From an uncultured Lachnospiraceae bacterium (lineage in GTDB: Bacteria > Bacillota > Clostridia > Lachnospirales > Lachnospiraceae), in contig CALWSF010000008.1 in assembly GCA_944384125.1 (NCBI GenBank), forward strand, positions 13,803 to 77,802: a stretch of 64,000 bases of DNA, read 5' to 3'. The notes below the pieces were generated by a model. That model worked only from the letters and a program-made list of their open reading frames with translations. It was not told the DNA's origin and searched no databases. Of the stretch, positions 26,055-36,751 are shown piece after piece. How positions within the stretch are numbered: position 1 is the first letter of the stretch; every line of letters begins with the position of its first letter. Made by a program: the position numbers and the translations under genes.

Positions 26055-27555
26055 GCATGGAATAGAAGTGGAAGAGAAACGAACTGCTTATGAGCGGCCG
26101 CTGGCCACAGAGTATGGTGTACAGGTTATTATAGGAACTGCACCTGTTCATTTGACGGCTGATCCGTCTGCAGCAGTGAATCGGCCGTTTCTTTTAAATT
26201 CCTTTTCGGAGGCAGAAGCGGTACTGGGATATACAGATGACTGGAGTTATACATTGTGTCAGAGCATGTATGCATCATGGCAGATATTCAATGTATATCC
26301 GGCGGTGTTTATTAATGTGTTGGATCCGGAAAAGCACAGCAAAGTACAGGAGGAGAAATCCGTTTCTGTTATAAATCATCAGGTAGAAATTGAGCAGGGC
26401 GGCGTTCTGGTAAACAGTATTGCAATTAATCAGGGGGCCAAATCGATAGTAGGAATGGCGCTTGCAGGTACAGCACTTGTAGGAGATGAATCTGCAGCGC
26501 CTGCACTCGTATTGGATGAAGATTATATTGTCAGTACAAATGAGGCGGGACACGCTGTTATTACATTGCTTAGTACGGGAAAAGGATATGATCTGGAAGA
26601 ATTAAAAGTAACTTATCGGTACTTGGATCCGACCATGGTTACTGAGGAAGATATTATCGGCGCATATAATATGGAAACAGGAGAAGAAACAGGGATTGAG
26701 TTAATACGCCAGGTATATCCTCTTTTCCATGTGTCTCCTGGATTGATCCTTGCCCCAGGATGGAGTCAGAAACCCAATGTGGGAGCTGCATTGCAGGAAA
26801 AATGTTCAGAAATCAATGGAGTATTTCGTTGTGAATGTGTGTTGGATCTGGATACATCGGAGATTACGAAGTATACAGAATGCGGGGCAGCAAAGAAAAA
26901 GAACGGTTATACGGATCCCCACAGTATTGTACTGTGGCCTGAGCTTTTAATAGCGGATAAACACATATCTTATTCAGCAGTTTATGGAGCAATGGCCAGC
27001 TATTACACCGCAACTAATGGCGATGTGCCTTATATTTATCCATCGAATAAACTTCTGGGAGTGGATGGCGCAACTCTGGCGGATGGGACGGAAATTACGC
27101 TCGATCCTCCACAGGCAGCTTATTTAAATGGGGATGGGATTGTAACAGCAATTAATGACGGAGGTTTTCGGAGTTGGGGAAATAATACGGGATGTTACCC
27201 GGAGAACACAGATCCGAAAGATTATCGGATTGGATGCAGAAGAATGTTTTCTTTTGTAGCCAATTATTTTATTCGACAGTATCAGCAGCGACTGGATAGT
27301 CCGATGAATCGCAGGACCATTGATGATATTGTGAACAGTTTTAATATTTGGGGCAACAGCCTGGTTAGTCAGGGGATGTGTGCGGGACTTCGCATGGAGT
27401 ACGATGAAAGCGAAAACAGCGAGGAGGATTTGCTGAATGGCCATGTGAAGGTGCAGATTTATCTGGCGCCGTACACGCCATTAGAATATATACAGGCGTC
27501 AGAGGAATTTGATATGACGACCCTTCAGGCGGCTATTGTGGGAGAGGAGGAATAG
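26047..27555 (+). CDS. Tail sheath protein
   Basis: MYKHGI..GTAPV, LAPGWS, RSWGNNTGCYP motifs. Confidence 0.92.
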   Translation: MYKHGIEVEEKRTAYERPLATEYGVQVIIGTAPVHLTADPSAAVNRPFLLNSFSEAEAVLGYTDDWSYTLCQSMYASWQIFNVYPAVFINVLDPEKHSKVQEEKSVSVINHQVEIEQGGVLVNSIAINQGAKSIVGMALAGTALVGDESAAPALVLDEDYIVSTNEAGHAVITLLSTGKGYDLEELKVTYRYLDPTMVTEEDIIGAYNMETGEETGIELIRQVYPLFHVSPGLILAPGWSQKPNVGAALQEKCSEINGVFRCECVLDLDTSEITKYTECGAAKKKNGYTDPHSIVLWPELLIADKHISYSAVYGAMASYYTATNGDVPYIYPSNKLLGVDGATLADGTEITLDPPQAAYLNGDGIVTAINDGGFRSWGNNTGCYPENTDPKDYRIGCRRMFSFVANYFIRQYQQRLDSPMNRRTIDDIVNSFNIWGNSLVSQGMCAGLRMEYDESENSEEDLLNGHVKVQIYLAPYTPLEYIQASEEFDMTTLQAAIVGEEE

Positions 27556-27558
27556 AAG

Positions 27559-28074
27559 ATGAAGATACCTCAGGTAATTAATCGGTTTAATGTATACCGT
27601 AACGGTTCTAAGCTGGTGGGTACTTCCGGAGAAGTGGAGCTGCCGGAAATTACAAACCTGACGGATACGATTGAGGGCGCCGGAACGGGAGGCAATCTGG
27701 AAATTCCTGTTATTGGCCTTACAGATACGATGGACATGCAGATTCCTTTCACGACACTGAGCAAGGATGCCTTTGCACTGATGAATCCCGGCCAGGCGGC
27801 GGATTTAATGTTGAATGGTGCGATTCAGTGTATGGATACCGGAACAGGAAAAGTAGGGTATTCTCAGATGAGCGTTGCGGTCCGCGGACTCGTTAAAACG
27901 TTTACGCCTGGTTCTGTGAAAGCAGGGGCTAAAATGGAATCCAGTGTTACCCTGAGTCTGAGCTACTATAAAATTGTCATTGATGGAACAACGATGCTGG
28001 AGATTGACAAACTGAATGGGGTTTATATTGTGAATGGCGAAGACATTTTGAAAGAAGTGCGCAATATGTGTTAA
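27559..28074 (+). CDS. Major tail tube protein (P2 FII-like)
   Basis: VELPEI..YYKIVIDG..EIDKLN. Confidence 0.9.
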   Translation: MKIPQVINRFNVYRNGSKLVGTSGEVELPEITNLTDTIEGAGTGGNLEIPVIGLTDTMDMQIPFTTLSKDAFALMNPGQAADLMLNGAIQCMDTGTGKVGYSQMSVAVRGLVKTFTPGSVKAGAKMESSVTLSLSYYKIVIDGTTMLEIDKLNGVYIVNGEDILKEVRNMC

Positions 28075-28077
28075 GGA

Positions 28078-28464
28078 GTGGCTATGGAAGATAAAAAAAT
28101 TGAGGTAGTAAAAAAGGAGGATATGGAGAAGGCGGTTAAAAAGACGCCGGAGAAAGCGCTGAAGAAAGAGGGATGGAAGTTCATCACATTGGAAAAGCCG
28201 GTAGAATACATGGGAATGAAAGTGGAAGCACTGGATCTGACCGGCCTGGATGATCTGACGTTGGATGACATGATTGAAGTGTATAACCTTTATGATGCGA
28301 TGGGCGGTCAAGGTACAGTTATGCAGGAATCGTCGTTACTTTTTGCAAAGCTGACGGCTCAGCGTCTGACCGGAGTTCCGTTGGAAGCACTGGGGAAAGT
28401 CGGTGCAAAAGATGCAATAAAACTGAAAAATCGTATATATCGTTTTTTTTACATGTCGGTATAA
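28078..28464 (+). CDS. Tail assembly chaperone (G)
   Basis: Position between tube and TMP; T8 slippery run at 3' end. Confidence 0.85.
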   Translation: MAMEDKKIEVVKKEDMEKAVKKTPEKALKKEGWKFITLEKPVEYMGMKVEALDLTGLDDLTLDDMIEVYNLYDAMGGQGTVMQESSLLFAKLTAQRLTGVPLEALGKVGAKDAIKLKNRIYRFFYMSV

Positions 28465-28628
28465 GCAGTCCGGAGGATATTCGCGGAGCGAGAAAGTCCT
28501 GCGTGTTTGCCGCACGATTCAGTAATACAGGTCTGGATTATTTTTACAGCCTTCCTATGAAGCGCCTGAATTTGGCGCTTCAGGATGTGGCTGATGCAGC
28601 GGAAGCAAGCCGAAGGAGGAAAAAATAA
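28443..28628 (+). CDS. -1 frameshift extension (GT) of tail chaperone
   Basis: T8 at 28443-28450; -1 frame open to TAA 28626-28628, abutting the TMP ATG. Confidence 0.75.
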   Translation, partial: FFLHVGISSPEDIRGARKSCVFAARFSNTGLDYFYSLPMKRLNLALQDVADAAEASRRRKK

Positions 28629-31600
28629 ATGGCATCAAAAGGTAAAGAGTATGAGATAAAAATTCGTCTGGGAGGAGAGACGGATTCTTCCCTCCAAAAA
28701 GCATTTTTAAAGGCCGAAACCGAACTGCAGGCGTTGTATCGTATATCTAAAAAGAGCAACCAGGGTTTTTTAGATGGTGTCGATAAGCTGGATTCGCTGG
28801 CCAATAAAGCATTTTCTGTTGCGGCCAAGGGAGCCGCGGTGGCTTCGGCTGGATTTGTAAGCGGCTTGACGGCAGCTACAGTTGTAGGGGCCAGTTTTGA
28901 AGAGCAGATGAGTACGGTGCAGTCCATCTCTCAGGCGTCTGAAGCGGATATGGCACGGCTCAACGAACTGGCCAGGGAGATGGGGCGGACAACCAAGTTT
29001 TCGGCTACGGAGGCAGGGCAGGGACTGGAGTATATGGCCATGGCCGGATGGAAAACAGAGGATATGCTGTCTGGTCTTCCGGGAATCATGTATCTTGCAG
29101 CCGCTTCAGGAGAAGATTTGGGTCTGGTCAGCGATATTGTAACGGATGCAATGACTGCTTTTGGCCTTTCAGCGGATCGTTCGGCGGAGTTTGCGGATGT
29201 GCTGGCGCAGGCTTCCAGCAGCTCCAATACGAATGTAGCTATGATGGGGGAAACTTTCCAGTATGTGGCACCAGTAGCCGGAGCACTTGGATTCTCTATT
29301 CAGGATACCGCCACTGCAGTAGGGCTAATGGCTAATGCCGGAATAAAGGGATCTCAGGCCGGAACAGCATTGCGCGCTGTTATGTCCAGGCTCGTAAAAC
29401 CAACTAAAGAAGTTCAGGATGCCATGAATACACTCGGACTTACTGTGACAAATTCTGATGGTTCCATGAAATCGCTGGATGCCATAATGAAGGATTTGAG
29501 GGCCGGATTTACTGGTCTTTCGGAGGCGGAACAGGCCAGCGTGGCCAGTGCTCTGGCTGGTCAGGAGGCCATGTCGGGGCTTTTAGCCATTGTTGGCGCC
29601 AGTGATGCTGATTATAACAATCTGGCTACAGCGATTAATAATTCTGCAGGAGCTGCGGAAAGGATGTCTCAGATTCGGATTGATAATCTGAAAGGGGATA
29701 TTACGATTCTGAAAAGTGGTCTGGAAGGTATGGGGATAGAAGTTTATGGAGGATTCTCTGAAGATTTAAGAGAGGGAGTTCAATCATTTACCGGTTGGAT
29801 TTCTGATATAACAGACAATCTGGAAGAAGAGATCCCCACCATACGACGTAAGGCCCGAGAATTTGCCGGCGGGATGGAAGAAATATTCGGACCGATTATA
29901 GGAACCGGACAATGGATGATGAAAAATCCTAAAGTGGTGGCCAGTGGCCTGAAAGGCATTGGTGCAGCGCTTCTTACCTTTAAGGCGGCAAAGGGAGCAA
30001 CCACAGCGGTAAAATTACTGGGCTCCCTGTCTGGAGTGTTGTCAGCCTGGCCGGTAGCTGCCGCCGGGCTTGCGGTTGGCGGATTGGTCGGAATTCACTC
30101 AGCTATGGAGGCTGCAGCAAAATCCCGGGCGGCCGAAAATTTAGCGGAGCATTTTGGGGATATCACTCTATCAATGGAAGAGTTACATGAGGCTGCCCGG
30201 CATATTATAGGAGACGATCTTTTTGATACCATAGATGCAATGGAATTATCTGCTGAAAAAGCGGATGATCTGTACAGCTCCATGAAAGATAATTTGCAGG
30301 AGATACGGAAAACGGGCTGGAAGCTGTCTATGGGAATTGAATTGGACACAGGGGATACGGAATCTTATGTAACGGCCGTTGATAATTACATTTCCAATGC
30401 GCAGAGCTATATCAGTGAAAAGGGATATGAATTGAATTTGGCGGTAAATCTGGTGTTTGGAGAAGATGGCTCAGATTTTTCATCGGAAAGCGGAGCTTTT
30501 TATCAGTCTTTGCTGCGTGAACTGGATCCGCTGAAAGAAGATATCAGCAATGTATTGCAGGACATCACAGAAAATGGCCTTACATTAGATAAAGAGAAGC
30601 TTGTGAGTGAATATCTGGATCAGATGGCAGAAATTACATCCATGATCACAGAGGCAGAAAATGCAGCCAAATTGCAGATGATTCAGGGGAAATATGCAGG
30701 GGCGGCACTGGATGCGGACTCTTTTCAAAATTTACAGGCAGAAATTGCTGATTATACAAATCAGGCGATAGAATCTACAGATACCGCGTACCAAAAAATA
30801 TTGGCGAGTTTGAATATGCAGAGAATAGCTGGAGAAAACGGAAAGGAAGGAGGCATCTCTCAGCAGGAATTTGATTCCAGAAAAGCAGAAGTATATCAAA
30901 GTTACTATGAGAAAAAAGCAGAATCAATATTAAATGGCTATCAGGCTATGGCTGATACGATTATGGCAACTTATGGAAGTGAGATTCAGCCGGCACTGGA
31001 TTCTATTAATGAAAGCCTGAATAATTCCATTGAGGAAATTATGGAAAATCCAGATATTTCAGCACCAGAAGATTTTGTGAACTCCCTCAATATGGCAATT
31101 TCGGATGCAGTTAATTCTTCGGGAAATATGTCTCAGGATGCGAAGAATGCATTACAGATGTTATTGGACAGCATGGTCCCGACAGAAGAACAACTGAGTA
31201 CTTTGACGGCTCAAATCGAACAGGCCGGGGGGAAAATTCCGGAGAGTGTTGCACAGGCATTTTCTAACCTTCAGGCAATGGGAGCCGCGGCGGGGAATAC
31301 GGAAGATATTTGGGGAATAATTGGCAGGCAAATATCGGAAAGCCCAGAGTATTCATTATTAATTTCTACCGTTGAGCAGCAAAGTGGCCAGATCCCGGAT
31401 TCAGCTATAGCAGCGATTGAAGGCAGATATGGAGATGCAGCAGATGCAGCCAGAGGATTTTTGGATGCTATGCGTAAAGAGTTCAATGAAGGACTGACAG
31501 TAACTGTTCCAGTGAACTTAAATACGATTATGAAGAGTTCGGCCGGGCTGCAGGCAGTCAGTAAAATGAATGCAAGTGTGACTGTTCCAGGCGGTCACGC

Positions 31601-31952
31601 GGAGGGTGGAATTTTTGACATCCCGCATATCGCCTGGTTTGCAGAAGACGGGCCGGAAGCAGTGGTTCCTTTGGATGGTTCTGCAAATGCTTTTTCTATC
31701 TGGGAAGAGGCAGGTCGTATTCTGGGAGTGCCAGAAATGACGGATTTTGGAAGTTTAAATAAAAGAATAGAAGGCGTTGCGACGTCGCAATCATCTTCTC
31801 AGAATGGAGGGACAGTAACTTTTTCTCCCGTATATAATTTGTATGGAAATGCTGGACGTGAAGATGCGATGGAGGCTGCAAGGATGTCTTTTGAGGAATT
31901 TGAAGCGTACTGGGAACGATATGAGGAAAAACGAAACAGGGTAAGATTTTAA
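28629..31952 (+). CDS. Tail tape measure protein (TP901 family)
   Basis: TTKFSATEAGQGLEYMAMAGW..GIKGSQAGTALR core; HAEGG C-terminal motif. Confidence 0.95.
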   Translation: MASKGKEYEIKIRLGGETDSSLQKAFLKAETELQALYRISKKSNQGFLDGVDKLDSLANKAFSVAAKGAAVASAGFVSGLTAATVVGASFEEQMSTVQSISQASEADMARLNELAREMGRTTKFSATEAGQGLEYMAMAGWKTEDMLSGLPGIMYLAAASGEDLGLVSDIVTDAMTAFGLSADRSAEFADVLAQASSSSNTNVAMMGETFQYVAPVAGALGFSIQDTATAVGLMANAGIKGSQAGTALRAVMSRLVKPTKEVQDAMNTLGLTVTNSDGSMKSLDAIMKDLRAGFTGLSEAEQASVASALAGQEAMSGLLAIVGASDADYNNLATAINNSAGAAERMSQIRIDNLKGDITILKSGLEGMGIEVYGGFSEDLREGVQSFTGWISDITDNLEEEIPTIRRKAREFAGGMEEIFGPIIGTGQWMMKNPKVVASGLKGIGAALLTFKAAKGATTAVKLLGSLSGVLSAWPVAAAGLAVGGLVGIHSAMEAAAKSRAAENLAEHFGDITLSMEELHEAARHIIGDDLFDTIDAMELSAEKADDLYSSMKDNLQEIRKTGWKLSMGIELDTGDTESYVTAVDNYISNAQSYISEKGYELNLAVNLVFGEDGSDFSSESGAFYQSLLRELDPLKEDISNVLQDITENGLTLDKEKLVSEYLDQMAEITSMITEAENAAKLQMIQGKYAGAALDADSFQNLQAEIADYTNQAIESTDTAYQKILASLNMQRIAGENGKEGGISQQEFDSRKAEVYQSYYEKKAESILNGYQAMADTIMATYGSEIQPALDSINESLNNSIEEIMENPDISAPEDFVNSLNMAISDAVNSSGNMSQDAKNALQMLLDSMVPTEEQLSTLTAQIEQAGGKIPESVAQAFSNLQAMGAAAGNTEDIWGIIGRQISESPEYSLLISTVEQQSGQIPDSAIAAIEGRYGDAADAARGFLDAMRKEFNEGLTVTVPVNLNTIMKSSAGLQAVSKMNASVTVPGGHAEGGIFDIPHIAWFAEDGPEAVVPLDGSANAFSIWEEAGRILGVPEMTDFGSLNKRIEGVATSQSSSQNGGTVTFSPVYNLYGNAGREDAMEAARMSFEEFEAYWERYEEKRNRVRF

Positions 31953-31989
31953 AGGCAATAACAGGTTTTGAAACAGGGCGGGGGATACT

Positions 31990-32193
31990 ATGGAGCAATA
32001 CAGAACTATCCAGGGAGATACCTGGGATTTAATTGCAAAAAAATGTTATGGAAATGAAAAAAAGATGGATGTATTGATGGGTGCGAATTTTCTCCTGCTG
32101 GATTATGTGGTGTTTCCGGCAGGAGTTTTTGTGAATGTGCCGGAGATTGACAGGGCAGACAGCCAGAATCTGCCGGAATGGAGGAAAGGATGA
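31990..32193 (+). CDS. Tail protein X (LysM-like)
   Basis: YRTIQGDTWDLIAKKCYG. Confidence 0.85.
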   Translation: MEQYRTIQGDTWDLIAKKCYGNEKKMDVLMGANFLLLDYVVFPAGVFVNVPEIDRADSQNLPEWRKG

Positions 32194-33422
32194 AAAGCAG
32201 AGTAATTCATCTGGACATTCTCTATAATGGCATAGATGCAAGTATGGATATTGCTGATGTGATGTCAGATTTTGAATATAGTGATGCTACAGAGGAATCG
32301 GATTCTATTTCTATTACATTAGGAGATCCGGATGGAAAATGGGCTGATGCCTGGATGCCCGAAAATGGCGATCAGATATGTGCAAAGATTCGGAGGGAAA
32401 ACTGGACAGAAGAAGGTCAAGTGGAAGTGTTTTCCTGTGGAAATTTTGTGGTAGATTCATTTCGTCTCTCATCTCCTCCTCCGGTATTGGTGGTTGAGGG
32501 GGTATCTTCTCCAGTCAACCAGGAGTTTAAAGAAACAAAGCGGACACAGACCTGGGAGAAAGTTACAATTCGCCAGGTGGCTGCAGAGATAGCCGGACGC
32601 TATAGCCTTGCTCTAATATATGATACTGTGCAGGATATTACTCTGGAGAGGGAGGAACAGAATGATAAAGCAGACAGCACTTATCTACAGGAGCTGTGTA
32701 ATAAATATGGGTTGGGTATTAAAGTTTATGCGGATCAGATAGTAATTTGGTCTTATGAAGAATATGAAAAAAAAGAACCGGTTTTGGCAATACGGCCGGA
32801 TATGGTGTCTAAATGGAGCTATAAGGGAAGCATACAGGGAACATATACCGGGGCGAAGGTCAGTTATGCCGATCCTCAAAAGGATGAAGTAGTTGAGACA
32901 TTTGTTGGTGCAGAGGGACGTATTTTGACGGTCAATGAGAAGGCGGAGAGCATTGCAGATGCAGAGCGGATCGGAGAGAATGCGCTTCGGGCTGCAAACC
33001 GAAAGGAGATTACAATGGACATTTCCTTTATTCCGTCTGTTTTTCTGGCAGCGTCCAGCGTGGTTACGCTGGAGGGATTTGGAAAAATGGATGGAAATTT
33101 TTTTATAACAAATGTTCGACATCGGATTTCCCGGGGCGCCTATTCTGTGCAGCTCAGTGTTTATCGATTGAATGAACAGAAAAATACAGCGGGAACTGGT
33201 ACAGAAGAGGCTGCGGCAGCGGGAACAGTTTACGAGGTTAAGAAAGGGGATACTTTGTGGGATCTGGCCGGCTCTTTCTATGGAGACAGCACAAAATATA
33301 CGGTTATTTATGATGCAAATCGGGATGTGATTGAAGCAGAGGCAACACGTAGAGGAAAGGGAAGCTCAAATAGTGGATACTGGATTTTTCCGGGGACAAT
33401 TTTGACGATCCCAGCCGGGTAA
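32190..33422 (+). CDS. Baseplate hub, gpD-like, with C-terminal LysM
   Basis: ESDSISITL..; YEVKKGDTLWDLAGSFYG..IFPGTILTIP. Confidence 0.85.
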   Translation: MKSRVIHLDILYNGIDASMDIADVMSDFEYSDATEESDSISITLGDPDGKWADAWMPENGDQICAKIRRENWTEEGQVEVFSCGNFVVDSFRLSSPPPVLVVEGVSSPVNQEFKETKRTQTWEKVTIRQVAAEIAGRYSLALIYDTVQDITLEREEQNDKADSTYLQELCNKYGLGIKVYADQIVIWSYEEYEKKEPVLAIRPDMVSKWSYKGSIQGTYTGAKVSYADPQKDEVVETFVGAEGRILTVNEKAESIADAERIGENALRAANRKEITMDISFIPSVFLAASSVVTLEGFGKMDGNFFITNVRHRISRGAYSVQLSVYRLNEQKNTAGTGTEEAAAAGTVYEVKKGDTLWDLAGSFYGDSTKYTVIYDANRDVIEAEATRRGKGSSNSGYWIFPGTILTIPAG

Positions 33423-33445
33423 GAATAAGATGGAGAGATGAAAGC

Positions 33446-33856
33446 ATGAATGAGGTGCGTGTAGGAAGAGTGTCCAGCATTAATTATGAAGCGGGAACAG
33501 TACGAGTAGTTTACTTAGATAAGAGTGATAAAACGACTGCGGAATTACCTGTATTTTGTGGAATGGGGGAGTACCAGATGCCACAGATCAATGATGCTGT
33601 TTTAGTACTGCACCTATCCAATGATAGTAGTATCGGAATTGTGATGGGACGGTTTTGGTCTGCTAAAAATATTCCGGTGCAGGGTGCTGAAGGTGTGTAC
33701 CGGAAAGTGTTTGATTCATCTGGCACAGCTTTTCTGCAGGTGGTATCTGGAGCATTAACATTGTGTGGTGGACAAGATGTGACACTTAGTGGAAAAAATG
33801 GTTCAATTACGTTATCACAGTTAATTGAAATGAAACAGAAGGTGGATTCATTGTAA
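33446..33856 (+). CDS. Baseplate spike, gpV-like
   Basis: VRVGRVSSINYEAGTVRV..MPQINDAVLVL. Confidence 0.8.
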   Translation: MNEVRVGRVSSINYEAGTVRVVYLDKSDKTTAELPVFCGMGEYQMPQINDAVLVLHLSNDSSIGIVMGRFWSAKNIPVQGAEGVYRKVFDSSGTAFLQVVSGALTLCGGQDVTLSGKNGSITLSQLIEMKQKVDSL

Positions 33857-33872
33857 AGGAAAGGGATAGAAA

Positions 33873-34268
33873 ATGTCCAGAATTGGAACGTTTGGAAAAC
33901 TTCGTTTTGCTGTCAGTGATAAGGAGGTTCTGACATTTCAGAAAATGAAGCGGCAGGTTTCGGCTGACTGGAGCACAATAGAACGCATCGGAAAAAAGCC
34001 GCTGGCGGTGTTTTCTGGCCCGGAGCTGCAGTCAATCGGCTTTACAATTATTCTGGATGCCAGCCTGGGCGTGCCGCCTCGCCAGATGTTGGACACCCTG
34101 GAGCAAATGGTGGAAAGTGGTAACGCTCAGTATTTGATTATCGGAAAAGAACGGGTGGGGAAACATCGTTGGGTTATTACAAAAAGCTCTGAAACATGGA
34201 ACACCATCCTGGTAAAGGGCGAACTATACAGAGCTTCTGTTGATTTGAGCCTGCAGGAGTATGTATAG
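33873..34268 (+). CDS. Tail tube initiator, P2 gpU-like
   Basis: IGTFGKLRF..FSGPELQSI..LQEY. Confidence 0.8.
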   Translation: MSRIGTFGKLRFAVSDKEVLTFQKMKRQVSADWSTIERIGKKPLAVFSGPELQSIGFTIILDASLGVPPRQMLDTLEQMVESGNAQYLIIGKERVGKHRWVITKSSETWNTILVKGELYRASVDLSLQEYV

Positions 34269-34284
34269 GAATGGAGATAATGGA

Positions 34285-34575
34285 ATGAAGATTGTTATTG
34301 AGTTTGATGGAGAAGAAAATTTGCGTCGGCAGATCAGGACGCTGCTTTCTACGAGGGCGGGGAGTGTTCCGGTAGATCGGGATTTTGGAATCTCCTGGAC
34401 GTTTCTGGATGAGCCGCCGGAGGTGGCTGAAAGTCTTTTTTACCAGGAACTGCTTCAGAAAATGGAAAAGTATATTCCAGATATCCAGATAAAAAGTGTT
34501 TCGTTTGACCACGATCCAGAAAGCGGTGCGATGACGGCTGCGATATCCTGCGGGAGGAGGAATGAAAATGAGTGA
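34285..34575 (+). CDS. Baseplate wedge, gp25/gpW-like
   Basis: LLSTRAGSVPVDRDFGI. Confidence 0.8.
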   Translation: MKIVIEFDGEENLRRQIRTLLSTRAGSVPVDRDFGISWTFLDEPPEVAESLFYQELLQKMEKYIPDIQIKSVSFDHDPESGAMTAAISCGRRNENE

Positions 34576-35722
34576 TAGTGTACGGGGGGTCCTGGATCGA
34601 TATCCGGATATCAGTTTTATTGACGGCATGTCATTTGAGACATTTCTGGCAGAACTGGTAGAAGCCTATGGCAACGAATATAAGAAACAGACGGGATTGG
34701 AGGCGGAACTGGGGGCGGCGGAACCGTCCAGACTTATCTTATACACCTGTGCGGCACTTCTTTATCAGGGACTGCAGTATGTTGACCGCGGCGGAAAGAT
34801 GGGGCTTCTCAAGTATAGCACGGGGAAATTCCTGGACAATCTGGCGGCTCTGAAGCGGGTAGAGCGTTTACCGGCAAAAGCGGCGAGGGCGACGGAACGG
34901 TTTGTCCTGTCAGCAGCTCTGGAGCGCCCGGTAGAGATTTCCAAGGGGATGCGGGTTAAGGCCGGGGAGTTATTTTTTGCCACGACAAAAGCAGGAACGA
35001 TCCCGGCGGGCGAAACATATGTGGATCTGCCGGTGGAATGCCTGACGGCCGGAACGATAGGGAATGGGTATTTGCCGGGGGAGTTGAGTACATTGGTTGA
35101 TCCGATTTATTATGTTCAAAAAGTAATGAACACAACGGAAACAAGCGGGGGAACAGATGAAGAGAGTGACGATGCCCTGGCACAAAGGATTTATCTGGCT
35201 CCATCTGCCTATTCAACAGCTGGTCCGGAGGATGCGTATCGGTATTGGGTTATGTCCTACAATACCGCTATCCAGGATTGCAGGATAACCAGTGATTTGC
35301 CAGGAGAGGTAGATATCTATGTGCTTTTGGAGGACGGCAAGTTGCCAGAAGCAGATTTCTTGAAGGGGCTGGTGGATTCGCTGTCCGGACAGAGCAGGCG
35401 GCCACTGACGGACAAGGTTGTAGCAAAGGCCCCGGAAAAGCAGGAGTATGAGATTGAGGCGACCTATTATATCAACAGTACAGACCGGAATCTTGAGGAA
35501 GAAATTAAAGTTAAGGCACAGAAGGCGTGTCAGCGGTTCGTGGAATGGCAGCGAGCTGCCATCGGCCGCGACATTAATCCTTCACGTCTGATGTATGAAC
35601 TGATGCAGGCGGGGGTTAAATGGGTTGATATAAAAAAACCGGTGTTCACGGAAATAATTGAGGCTAAGGTAGCGGTTGCAACGGAGATTACACTGACATA
35701 TGGGGGTATTCAGGATGATTGA
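34562..35722 (+). CDS. Baseplate J protein
   Basis: STAGPEDAYRYW, PGEVDIY, RPLTDKV. Confidence 0.9.
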   Translation: MKMSDSVRGVLDRYPDISFIDGMSFETFLAELVEAYGNEYKKQTGLEAELGAAEPSRLILYTCAALLYQGLQYVDRGGKMGLLKYSTGKFLDNLAALKRVERLPAKAARATERFVLSAALERPVEISKGMRVKAGELFFATTKAGTIPAGETYVDLPVECLTAGTIGNGYLPGELSTLVDPIYYVQKVMNTTETSGGTDEESDDALAQRIYLAPSAYSTAGPEDAYRYWVMSYNTAIQDCRITSDLPGEVDIYVLLEDGKLPEADFLKGLVDSLSGQSRRPLTDKVVAKAPEKQEYEIEATYYINSTDRNLEEEIKVKAQKACQRFVEWQRAAIGRDINPSRLMYELMQAGVKWVDIKKPVFTEIIEAKVAVATEITLTYGGIQDD

Positions 35723-36656
35723 ATTTAAAGATGCAACCCTGTTTTCCTTGCTGCCGGATAATTTGAAAAATGAAGAGACAGCAGCGTTAAGCGCTGCTCT
35801 GCAAAGAGGTCTTTTATTGATCCGACAGTATATTTCAGCTCTTTCTGTATATGCGGCTGTTCATGAATTACCGGATGATATCCTGAATCTTCTGGCTGTT
35901 GAGCTGCGTGCGCAGTATTATGATCTGTCTGATTCGCGGGAAGTTCGGGAAGGAATTATTCAAAAAACGATAGACTGGTATTTACGTGGCGGAACTGTTT
36001 CTGTTCTGGAGGAGTATTTAGCTACTTTGTATCAGGGGGGAAGAGTAGAGGAGTGGTTCAACTATGGTGGAGAACCGTATTATTTTAAAGCAATTATCGA
36101 CCTGGATTTGAGCGATGAAATAATGGTAGGGGATGGGAATAAGATTGTACAGCGCATCCTTGCCTATAAAAATGTGCGCTCCTGGCTGGAAGCCCTTTCA
36201 TTCCATATAGGGGTGGAATATGATGTTCCGGTTTCCTGGAGAAACAGTATAGTATTCCAAACAGAATTTTATCCGCGATATAATTTGGGGTATCTCCATC
36301 TGGACGGGCTGTGGAAATTAGACGGAACACGTCTTTTGAATGGTTATGATACGGATGATATCTTAGATTTCTATCCAGTATATTTTTGTGCCGGTATGGG
36401 CGCACCGTTGATTTTAAGAACAGATGAAAAGATACTGATTACTGGCAATGTAGACACTGATGTGGAATCTAAAGAAAAAATGAGACTTCGCTCATCAGTG
36501 CTGATGGATATTCAAGCGGAGGAAAAACTTTGTTTTCGCGCTGGAGCAGGCCTGCAGATGGGCACAAGAAGTTTTGTGACACAGCAGAACAGGTTGGATG
36601 CTTCCTGGAAACTGGATGGCAGTCGAAGATTGGATGGAGGATTAAGCGAATTGTAA
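35715..36656 (+). CDS. Tail protein I (P2 gpI-like) with extended C-terminus
   Basis: LNLLAVEL..EEWFNYGGEPYYFK..KNVRSWL; WKLDG repeats. Confidence 0.8.
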   Translation: MIEFKDATLFSLLPDNLKNEETAALSAALQRGLLLIRQYISALSVYAAVHELPDDILNLLAVELRAQYYDLSDSREVREGIIQKTIDWYLRGGTVSVLEEYLATLYQGGRVEEWFNYGGEPYYFKAIIDLDLSDEIMVGDGNKIVQRILAYKNVRSWLEALSFHIGVEYDVPVSWRNSIVFQTEFYPRYNLGYLHLDGLWKLDGTRLLNGYDTDDILDFYPVYFCAGMGAPLILRTDEKILITGNVDTDVESKEKMRLRSSVLMDIQAEEKLCFRAGAGLQMGTRSFVTQQNRLDASWKLDGSRRLDGGLSEL

Positions 36657-36689
36657 AAGAATATAAAATCGGACAATTTGTGATGATGG

Positions 36690-36720
36690 AAAAGGCACCT
36701 TTTTTAAGAGGTGTTTTTTT
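36690..36720 (+). terminator. Intrinsic terminator within tail module
   Basis: AAAGGCACCT/AGGTGTTTTT plus T-run. Confidence 0.5.
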
Positions 36721-36751
36721 ATTAATCAAGGAAAGAAAGGATGGAAATAGT

